Source: an uncultured bacterium
GTDB taxonomy: Bacteria > JAGOEH01
Direction of reading: 5' to 3'
Length of the DNA: 20,000 nucleotides
Assembly (NCBI GenBank): GCA_964632485.1
Contig: CAZWDO010000019.1
Location: forward strand, 60,160-80,159
A program made the position numbers and the translations under genes. Shown piece after piece: positions 1 to 7,362 of this stretch (positions within the stretch are counted from its first letter, which is position 1; each line of letters begins with the position of its first letter). Under the pieces are notes generated by a model. That model was not told the DNA's origin. It did no database searches and worked only from the letters and a program-made list of their open reading frames with translations.

Positions 1-658
1 GCGGGATGATTTTAAAACGGGCATTGAACCAGACATATAACGCGCTACCTATTAACATGATTGCTAATAGCAAAAAAATCACAAAATAGACCATCCCCAG
101 ATTATAGAGAAAAGCCGAAAATCCTTTTCTAACCAGCTTAATTGAGCTTTCGATATTTTGCGGTGAAAACTCCTTATCAATCAGCGCCAAATCGATTCCA
201 TTCCGCAATTCATAATCCGATTCCTTGATCGAAAACTTCGGCAGTTCCATTGCCAATACCGGGGTTTTATTATCTGCTTTTAAAGGAGCCGCCGTATCCA
301 CTATTATCGTACCGCTGGAATTGATTGTATAATACAGCGCGCCATTAGCTTTACAGGAAAACTTCCAGGTGGACATGGTTTCGCAGATGTAGCTGAACAG
401 AAAATCAGTTCCCCCACGGGGCGAATTGATATCCACCGTACAAACTGCTATATCGGAATCAGAGAAAAGTAAGGCGCAGATAAGCGTCCCCGGCATTTTA
501 TCCGGATTCTTTTCCTTATCCGCAACCTGTTTTTGCAGTTCCGACAGAACCAGCGTTTTCCCCTCTTTTACCACAAATGGCTGTTTAGTTTGAGCCAGGG
601 TCAAATTCATACCTAAAATAAGAACCGAAAATACAAATAAACCGAATACTCTTTTCAT
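1..658 (-). CDS. MotA/TolQ/ExbB-family paralogue (5' part only; runs off the window) with signal peptide, TonB-CTD-like periplasmic domain and TM1
   Basis: Not in the ORF track; translated by hand. ATG at 658, GGGGG SD at 663-667, open for 219 codons to the edge (MKRVFGLFVFSVLILGMNLTLAQTKQPFVVKEGKTLVLSELQK...GGTDFLFSYICETMSTWKFSCKANGALYYTINSSGTI...LGMVYFVIFLLLAIMLIGSALYVW). It aligns by eye with the N-terminus of 7363-8832 (FKLSEGESLNLEELKQ...AGTTAFFEKVESVLKTWKFT...ATGDIYFTVATNGTI...LGTPYVIAFSILA). The channel domain itself is outside the window, so the family call rests on paralogy. Confidence 0.8.
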   Translation of the reverse strand, partial: MKRVFGLFVFSVLILGMNLTLAQTKQPFVVKEGKTLVLSELQKQVADKEKNPDKMPGTLICALLFSDSDIAVCTVDINSPRGGTDFLFSYICETMSTWKFSCKANGALYYTINSSGTIIVDTAAPLKADNKTPVLAMELPKFSIKESDYELRNGIDLALIDKEFSPQNIESSIKLVRKGFSAFLYNLGMVYFVIFLLLAIMLIGSALYVWFNARFKIIP

Positions 659-666
659 GCTACCCC

Positions 667-3600
667 CTATTTCTTGTAATCCATCAGTTTATCAGGATAG
701 GCGATCCATAAACGCGGTTCAGACGAACCAAATACCCGATAGCCATGGGAACCTTCTTGCAGCGCCTGGGAATTAACCAGAGTTCCCAGTAAATTAAAGT
801 AAAAAAGTTTATTGGTTTTGGCATCAAGCGCATAAATCAATCCTTGCGAATCGTAAACCAAAGTAGTAGGCAAGGATAGTCCCTGCGCCCGGGCATCGCT
901 CAATCCGTCGAAATCGATAGGGGCCTCGTTCAAAGCCGGTAGCATTGACAATTTTCCGCTTTGCTTTTCGATAAAGTAAACCGCGCCTTGATCACCGACA
1001 CATCCCGTTAAAACTGAACTGCTTTGAAGATTGCCGTTTTCCCAGTTCAAGTTTCCGGCGCTCAGATCGGTTTTTTTGAGAACTTTAACGACTCCATCTT
1101 CTTGAATAAAATAAATCGATTGCGTATTCTGACCGAGTGAAACCATATTAGAGATCGACGGTTTCAATTCATTGCCAAGTGGATCATTATCAACGGGCTG
1201 TCCCTTGGCGTCGTAAACGGCCAGGTTACCGGTTTGACGGTCTCCCACATAGACCATATCATTGTAGGCTAATAAAAGAGTGGGTTGGACAAATTGTTCG
1301 ATGCTCAACGGAACTTTGGCTTCATTAATTTTTACCTGATATCGGCATTGTTTATTCTTGGGCTGATACCAGATTTCTGCCTTAACCGTATTAAATTCAG
1401 CCATCGCTACCACACTATTCTCGCCCGCAGATTGCGGAGCGCCGGGGGTAAATGTAAACTTGGGCGAAAGCTTAATTTGCATCGTTGTATTTTGCGTCAG
1501 TTTAATCACGGCGCCATAATCGAAATTTGAATTCCCGCAGGATATGGAAAGCCCGTATTTTGTACCGGCCATCAATCCATCGACAACTCCATTCATTCCG
1601 CTGATATCTTTTTCAGCTTCCACTTTACCGCTCATCAAATCCTTTACCGCAACGTGATGAGAATTGCACCCGCTGGTACTAAAATTAAGCGTCAAATTTA
1701 CCGTTGTGGAAGGGGTGATAAAAGGCAACAAATTCACAGGAATTTTAGGCATAAATCCATTTTTAACCATCATGTATTTGGCGATGGTGGCGCAAAAAAT
1801 ACCCATTGATTCATTGTAACCCATACCGTCAAAAGAATAGGAAGAACAGTCAAAATCACCTGTGGAAGCGGTTTGACCGCGATAATGGATTTTACAGGGT
1901 AAACAGCAGGAATTATTTTCACAGATCATCTGGAGTTTAGAGTTATAATTACAGGAAGGACTCCCCTGACAAACAACAGCCAAAGCGGCTGCTAATTGGC
2001 AACCCCGGGGATCGTTCCCAGAGCAACATAATTCATCGGCAATTTTTAACGCTCCATCGCAGTTGATTTTCATTGTCGCATAGATCCGAGCGACCATCCA
2101 ATCTTTGTACAATGGATCGGAATTACTCAAATTCATACCTTGCAGGACAGTGTAAGGCTTTTCCCAGGAAGCGATATTAAAACCGGCAGGCGCAACACCC
2201 CATTGCGTATTGGTTTTTTCTTCCAATAAATATTGATGATAGGCGCACCATATCTGCAACTCTTTTTTCTGATTCGGATTTAAATTTGATTTATAGGCAA
2301 AAATATAGCTGGACAGAAAAGCATCAATACAATATAAATTACTTTTCTTCCCCTGGAAATTATCTTTAAGCTGAAGCAAATGCAGAAATGCATAGATTTG
2401 CGGCAGCAACTGGGTTTGATCAAAGTTATTCAGCACTCCTTTAAAAGGAGTTTCAATATCAGTAACAATCTGAGTTTGCAACATAGTAAATTGTGAGAAA
2501 TTTTTACTATCGCGCATGGCGCTGACGGTCGCATTATTCGGGGCTTTATTTACTGCATTCAGCGCTTTAAGATAATTCTTTTCCATTTGGCTTAAAACGA
2601 CGTTTTGCTGATCAGTCGGAGTGAACCCGGCGGTATTGCTTCCATTTAAAAATTGCGTCAGCGCCAAATAGAATTGGGCGTGAGTCTTCAACGCGAAATC
2701 CGCTTTTTGATTATTGGCAACGGAACTGAAGCGCGTTTCAGCAAGTCTTAAATAGGTAGTCGCGGTTCCCGCGCCGCCCAACCCGCGCAGGGCATAAATC
2801 AAGCCCTTTGCCCCCTCGAAAAACTGCATCAGATCATTTCCATCCGAGGGAAAGGCTACATTCGAAGGAGTAAAAGAAGTGATCAACGCGGCCATTGCCC
2901 ACAGAACATCGACTTCATCGCTAAACCCAGGACATTTAAATTTCTTTAAATCATCGACCTTCGATGCCTGATCCTTCGCTAAATCCTTAGCTATCGTCAA
3001 ATTCACTCCGGCAAATTGTACTTGCTCCATCAGATCGCTATTCTTCATGGCGTTCAAGTTTAAGATTTTTTTTGACAGTAGATCAATATCATTTACAGGT
3101 ACTTTAGACCCATCCAGGCAGGTGGTGGACATGGCCAAATCACTCTGTATTTTATCAGACAATTGAAAAATACTATAAACCAATCCCAGATACTGATCCA
3201 ATTCATCCTGACCCAACCGATAAGCATTCAATCCGGAATTCAATTGAGAGGGTTGAATATTCAAGCCTTCGCTTAAAATCCGCTTAAAAAGCAATAGTGA
3301 ACCACTATAGGCAAAGCGCGGCAACGCTTCTTTTTGCTGGGTACGAAGTTCCGGCATTGTCGGATTCTGCCCGGCTAAATCCTTTAAAGCATCAAAGAAT
3401 TCACGATAGGAAGGCTGATTGTCAATTTGTACCGAATAGAACCAGGACCAAACATTGAGAAACGCCAGCCGGGTCTTATCGTCCGGATTGTTGTTGGCAT
3501 TGCTGGCTAATTGCCGGATTTCATTACGAACCTGGCTGAAATCGTTGCTGCCTCCACGATTCCGATAAAATTTAACAATCCCATCCGCAAATTTTATATA

Positions 3601-3876
3601 ACAGCCATAAAGCTTCTTTTGAAATTCATCAAAAGAACCTGAAGTTACATTGCCAAACGCGTCGATGGTAGTAACTAGCTTTTGTTTTTTACTTTCCAAG
3701 TCGCTCAGATCATTCGTACCAGGTTCTTCAATGGAAGCAACTGTTTTTAACTGGCCCACAAAAGCGCCGAAATCGTCCGCTGTCGCCTTGGAAAAAGACT
3801 GACCGCCGGATTGGGCCATGAGCGGGATGAGCAGGCATCCGACGAGCGCCACGGCGCGAATAAAAAGTTTAATCAT
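667..3876 (-). CDS. Large secreted hypothetical protein (1069 aa): helical/TPR-like N-terminal region, Cys-rich segment, beta-sandwich, C-terminal NHL-like beta-propeller
   Basis: Start re-called from 4056 to the ATG at 3876: it has an AGGAGAG SD at 3884-3890, gives a signal peptide (MIKLFIRAVALVGCLLIPLMA|QS) and removes a 155-bp overlap with the upstream gene. TPR-like motif HAQFYLALTQFLNG. NHL-like blades PTLLLAYNDMVYVGD and LSLPTTLVYDSQGLIYALD. Confidence 0.75.
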   Translation of the reverse strand: MIKLFIRAVALVGCLLIPLMAQSGGQSFSKATADDFGAFVGQLKTVASIEEPGTNDLSDLESKKQKLVTTIDAFGNVTSGSFDEFQKKLYGCYIKFADGIVKFYRNRGGSNDFSQVRNEIRQLASNANNNPDDKTRLAFLNVWSWFYSVQIDNQPSYREFFDALKDLAGQNPTMPELRTQQKEALPRFAYSGSLLLFKRILSEGLNIQPSQLNSGLNAYRLGQDELDQYLGLVYSIFQLSDKIQSDLAMSTTCLDGSKVPVNDIDLLSKKILNLNAMKNSDLMEQVQFAGVNLTIAKDLAKDQASKVDDLKKFKCPGFSDEVDVLWAMAALITSFTPSNVAFPSDGNDLMQFFEGAKGLIYALRGLGGAGTATTYLRLAETRFSSVANNQKADFALKTHAQFYLALTQFLNGSNTAGFTPTDQQNVVLSQMEKNYLKALNAVNKAPNNATVSAMRDSKNFSQFTMLQTQIVTDIETPFKGVLNNFDQTQLLPQIYAFLHLLQLKDNFQGKKSNLYCIDAFLSSYIFAYKSNLNPNQKKELQIWCAYHQYLLEEKTNTQWGVAPAGFNIASWEKPYTVLQGMNLSNSDPLYKDWMVARIYATMKINCDGALKIADELCCSGNDPRGCQLAAALAVVCQGSPSCNYNSKLQMICENNSCCLPCKIHYRGQTASTGDFDCSSYSFDGMGYNESMGIFCATIAKYMMVKNGFMPKIPVNLLPFITPSTTVNLTLNFSTSGCNSHHVAVKDLMSGKVEAEKDISGMNGVVDGLMAGTKYGLSISCGNSNFDYGAVIKLTQNTTMQIKLSPKFTFTPGAPQSAGENSVVAMAEFNTVKAEIWYQPKNKQCRYQVKINEAKVPLSIEQFVQPTLLLAYNDMVYVGDRQTGNLAVYDAKGQPVDNDPLGNELKPSISNMVSLGQNTQSIYFIQEDGVVKVLKKTDLSAGNLNWENGNLQSSSVLTGCVGDQGAVYFIEKQSGKLSMLPALNEAPIDFDGLSDARAQGLSLPTTLVYDSQGLIYALDAKTNKLFYFNLLGTLVNSQALQEGSHGYRVFGSSEPRLWIAYPDKLMDYKK

Positions 3877-3901
3877 ATTGGAACTCTCCTTTGCAATCAG
3901 A

Positions 3902-4570
3902 TTAGGATCCGCTGAGACTGCCCATAGCGGTAACGATTTTGGCCGGTAAGCCCACATATTGGCCCATGGCGTGTTTGGGAAAAATCGGAATAAAACGGGA
4001 AATCTCCCGCTCAACCGGCGGCATATCAACCATGCGAATTTTTGTACCGGGGGCAATTTCTATTTCAGGTGGGTTCTGCCCATCGACTTTGGTAAAACGC
4101 ACATTGACAATACTGGTGGCATAGTTCACCGACACATCGGCTTCAAATGCCAAATTGGCGGCATAGTTGTTCTTCTGCATCGCTTCCAACACATCACGGA
4201 CATATTTATTCAACACAGCGGAAGTGGTGGGCCTAATTTGAAAGGTAATGTTTGCCAAATCCCATTTCAGATTAAAACCAAAAGTGGGTGATGGCACTGC
4301 CGGTTGCAGTGAATTACGTATAAAATTCAGATCAAACGCATCGCGCAAAGAACCACCGCTGACATTGGCAAACGCTGAATAACAACAAATCATGGCTTTG
4401 TTGGTCACCAATATCTGCGGGTCGGTACCCGGAGGAGCCGCATCGATCGCGCAAGAATTATAGGCGCAAAGAAACGAGGCGTTTTCGATTGTACGACCAT
4501 AAAAAAACCATCCAACCACAACAATTAACACAATAATAACAACAAAACCGATGGTATATTTCATTTTCAT
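3902..4570 (-). CDS. Single-pass membrane-anchored hypothetical protein (222 aa) in the TonB/TolA position after exbD
   Basis: ORF starts 2 bp after the exbD stop with a GGGAG SD. N-terminal TM YTIGFVVIIVLIVVVGWFFY preceded by Lys residues. No family recognised. Confidence 0.7.
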   Translation of the reverse strand: MKMKYTIGFVVIIVLIVVVGWFFYGRTIENASFLCAYNSCAIDAAPPGTDPQILVTNKAMICCYSAFANVSGGSLRDAFDLNFIRNSLQPAVPSPTFGFNLKWDLANITFQIRPTTSAVLNKYVRDVLEAMQKNNYAANLAFEADVSVNYATSIVNVRFTKVDGQNPPEIEIAPGTKIRMVDMPPVEREISRFIPIFPKHAMGQYVGLPAKIVTAMGSLSGS

Positions 4571-4572
4571 GC

Positions 4573-5166
4573 TTATCTCCCTGTTAAATAGACGGGACTG
4601 AAGCCCTGTTTGATTTCCACCGGCACATCCTTTAAATCGCCCAGAATTTTATCGCTCCAGAATAGTTGAGCATTCTGCTTACTCAGGAGATCATAGACAT
4701 CGAAGAGATCGCCAAAGGGTTGCATAGGATGGGCGCTGATCGCTACTTTATGACCCTGACGCACCAAACTGGAGAGCGAATATTTATCCTTGAGCGCGTT
4801 GGCGCCAAAAACACCCGTTCCCAAAGCAGAGAGCACTCCCTGCGAAATCGACGGATTTAATCCGGATAACGAAGGATTACTGCCAATCACATTTTTTACC
4901 TGACCGACATTATTCAGGTCCATCCAGATATAGGGTTGCGACAATTCTTTGGAGTAAAGTCGATAGATCACGACATCCACGGCCAGATTGCTTTCCGAGG
5001 CCGGTTCGTTGATCTGCCGGGTCGTAACACGAACTCGCCCACCCTTTTCAGTAGTGCTCGTTTCGGTACTTAACGTGACCAAAAAAAATATCAGCAACAA
5101 AAAAATCATGTCAATCATCGAGGTCAGTTCCTGTTTGCGGGGTTCCGCTTTTGTTTTAAATGCCAT
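4573..5166 (-). CDS. exbD: ExbD/TolR-family biopolymer transport protein (197 aa)
   Basis: Signature TM ELTSMIDMIFLLLIFFLVT with the conserved Asp. C-terminal KVAISAHPMQPFGDLFDVYDLL matches the ExbD 'V.I.AD....y..vv.vmd.l' motif. Confidence 0.9.
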   Translation of the reverse strand: MAFKTKAEPRKQELTSMIDMIFLLLIFFLVTLSTETSTTEKGGRVRVTTRQINEPASESNLAVDVVIYRLYSKELSQPYIWMDLNNVGQVKNVIGSNPSLSGLNPSISQGVLSALGTGVFGANALKDKYSLSSLVRQGHKVAISAHPMQPFGDLFDVYDLLSKQNAQLFWSDKILGDLKDVPVEIKQGFSPVYLTGR

Positions 5167-5181
5167 ATCTTTCCCCCTTTC

Positions 5182-5898
5182 TTAATCCTGACCGGTATAG
5201 GTTACATTAATGAACAAATTGTCATCGCTGATGCGAACTCCCATCATCTTGTTGGGGTTCAGGCGATGATACATGTTATTCAAATCGACAATCAAACGGT
5301 AATACACATCGTTATCCATATCTAAGAAGACCTTGATACGGCGAAACTGGTTCGTGTATTTATAGTGCTCTTCCTGGCGGATTCGCATATCCGTCAGTAA
5401 TTTCTCGATACGTCCGATCACTGGCAGATAGGCTTTATTGAATTTCGCCGTATCCTGGAAGAACATATCCCGGGAAGGGAGGATGAACGGATTGTATGTT
5501 TGATCCAAAAAGTCCGCTTGTTCATCCAATGTTCTGTCCTTCGTTGCTTTCGCTTTTTCTCTCAAGGCTTTGATATCCTTGGGCAGGTTTTGGTCAATCA
5601 GATCCTCATTGGAGTATAGAGAATCCAAAAAGTAAACTTTGTACTTTTGTCCAGGATCGCCCTCAATTAGCGTATCGGTCCGTTGGATAGAGATTTTAAG
5701 ACTAAAACTGGTATCTTTAATTGCGTTTTCGAATGCCGGCCGTTCTTTCTGCCGTTCGGGGATACCCGGTTTCTGATCCTCTTCCGGCTTCACTCCCGCG
5801 GCAAGTGTAACCAAAAAGAAAATCAACAACAGAAATATCATATCGATCATAGAGGTGAGCTCGCCTTTACGCAGCTCTTCTTTATTTTTAAAGGCCAT
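5182..5898 (-). CDS. exbD: ExbD/TolR-family biopolymer transport protein (238 aa, extended periplasmic domain)
   Basis: Same TM signature LTSMIDMIFLLLIFFLVT. C-terminal KVFLDMDNDVYYRLIVDLNNM matches the ExbD motif. GAGGAG SD upstream. Confidence 0.9.
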   Translation of the reverse strand: MAFKNKEELRKGELTSMIDMIFLLLIFFLVTLAAGVKPEEDQKPGIPERQKERPAFENAIKDTSFSLKISIQRTDTLIEGDPGQKYKVYFLDSLYSNEDLIDQNLPKDIKALREKAKATKDRTLDEQADFLDQTYNPFILPSRDMFFQDTAKFNKAYLPVIGRIEKLLTDMRIRQEEHYKYTNQFRRIKVFLDMDNDVYYRLIVDLNNMYHRLNPNKMMGVRISDDNLFINVTYTGQD

Positions 5899-5909
5899 GG
5901 TGCGCTCCT

Positions 5910-7352
5910 CTATTTCCTGGTTTCTGGGGTTGACGATGCGGATTGATCCGCATCATTTGCTTTGAACTTAAATTGAATCTCGTTCATAAAATCCACAAAG
6001 AGGGAGGACACGGCATCTAATCGCCATTTAATGAAATAGTAGGCAAACATCATGGGGATGCCGATTAAAAGACCAAAAATAGTTGTATAAAGCGCGACAT
6101 TGATACCGCCGGCCAACGTTGGAATCAAACTTCCACGATCGGCTAAAGTCCCGCCGGCAATATTGCCAAATGCCTGGGCAATTCCTACAACTGTTCCTAA
6201 CAGACCCAGCATGGGCGCCACACCGCTGATATTCCAAAAGTAATCCAGGTTCAGAATATTGCTCATCCATCCCAATAAGCGGTTATTAAAATGTCTCGCC
6301 TTTTTCGACTCCAGTTCATTGATCACTCGCGTGTCGAAATAGGTGTGGAATTGAATGTTGCGCGACCAGTGGTTTTTATAGCGCCAGCTTCGCATCAGAC
6401 TGTCATAAAGCATTTTCTGAAATAACGGGGAAGCTTTTTCCACATTCAAAACCAATTTGCTCACATCTTTAAAATTATCGATGGTGGGCTGGTTAAAAAA
6501 AACATTCAAAGCCTGACGAATTTTTGCCACATCAACTTGTTTCAAAGTGGTTGCATTAAATTTTATCTGGCTTAAAACATCCATAAAAATTAAAAAAAGA
6601 AGTACGCCGACAAGTCCCAAAAAGGCAATAACTACCGCAATAAGTCCCCCAAGCTTGAAAGATTGGATAATATTTTCATCTACCCATGCTTTAAAACCAA
6701 AAGGCGACTGCGTAATTTCACGCTTGATTAAACCAACATTATGGGGCTTTTGCTCCATCTCGGTTCCTTGAAAATTCTTCAGCGTATCGTAAACAATAAC
6801 GACTTCGTTCGGTCCCGGGCGAATACCGATAATTTTATCGGCAGCCGGAGCGAATCGGACGGTTACAGTTTGTTTTTTTAGGGTATCCGAGCAGGTGTAT
6901 GAATCCCGATTTTTCCATGTAACAATCACCTGATAGGCGCCGTAATGATTGATATCCTTGAGTCCGTTGATATCCTCAGGAATGCGAATTCCCTGTTTGT
7001 CCGGCGTTAAATCCAGATTAAACGTCGTTTTCACGCTGGTCAGATTATTAGCGTCATCGACGCTGTCCCCGGCAAGTACCGTCAATCCGACCTTAATTCC
7101 GGGATCCGAATTCAATTTAAGCATTAGATTCTTTTCGAATGGCAAAACCAACTTGGCAGTATCCAGATAATTATTGGCCACCGGATCATAGGCGGAAAAT
7201 TTCCAATAAAGACTGCATGCAACCACCTTATTATCCTGGAACAAGGGAGCCAGCTTATCAATAGCCAGACGAACTTCCAGGTTGGGTTGCTGCGCCATCA
7301 TTTTTAACGGAATCAGCAGAAAAAATAATAGGAAAAGCCATTGAAAACGCAT
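5910..7352 (-). CDS. MotA/TolQ/ExbB proton channel family protein (480 aa) with signal peptide and ~210-aa beta-rich N-terminal extension
   Basis: Start re-called from 7406 to the ATG at 7352 (AGGAGG SD at 7358-7363 overlapping the upstream stop; signal peptide MRFQWLFLLFFLLIPLKMMA|QQ). Channel motifs VAPMLGLLGTVVGIAQAF and GGINVALYTTIFGLLIGIP. TM1 GGLIAVVIAFLGLVGVLLFLIF. Confidence 0.9.
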   Translation of the reverse strand: MRFQWLFLLFFLLIPLKMMAQQPNLEVRLAIDKLAPLFQDNKVVACSLYWKFSAYDPVANNYLDTAKLVLPFEKNLMLKLNSDPGIKVGLTVLAGDSVDDANNLTSVKTTFNLDLTPDKQGIRIPEDINGLKDINHYGAYQVIVTWKNRDSYTCSDTLKKQTVTVRFAPAADKIIGIRPGPNEVVIVYDTLKNFQGTEMEQKPHNVGLIKREITQSPFGFKAWVDENIIQSFKLGGLIAVVIAFLGLVGVLLFLIFMDVLSQIKFNATTLKQVDVAKIRQALNVFFNQPTIDNFKDVSKLVLNVEKASPLFQKMLYDSLMRSWRYKNHWSRNIQFHTYFDTRVINELESKKARHFNNRLLGWMSNILNLDYFWNISGVAPMLGLLGTVVGIAQAFGNIAGGTLADRGSLIPTLAGGINVALYTTIFGLLIGIPMMFAYYFIKWRLDAVSSLFVDFMNEIQFKFKANDADQSASSTPETRK

Positions 7353-7362
7353 AATGGCCTCC

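Noticed and set aside
1891-1905. CLPCK read as an NrfA-type CxxCK heme motif
   Set aside because: It is a single occurrence inside a Cys-dense segment. There are no CxxCH motifs or cytochrome maturation genes nearby, so chance is likely.
3877-4056. ORF-track N-terminal extension of the 1129-aa ORF
   Set aside because: It overlaps the upstream gene by 155 bp. The ATG at 3876 has a strong SD and begins a signal peptide.
5081-5088. A8 homopolymer in exbD as a phase-variation tract
   Set aside because: It is explained by Phe-Phe-Leu codons in the conserved TM, the frame is intact, and similar runs are common in this window.
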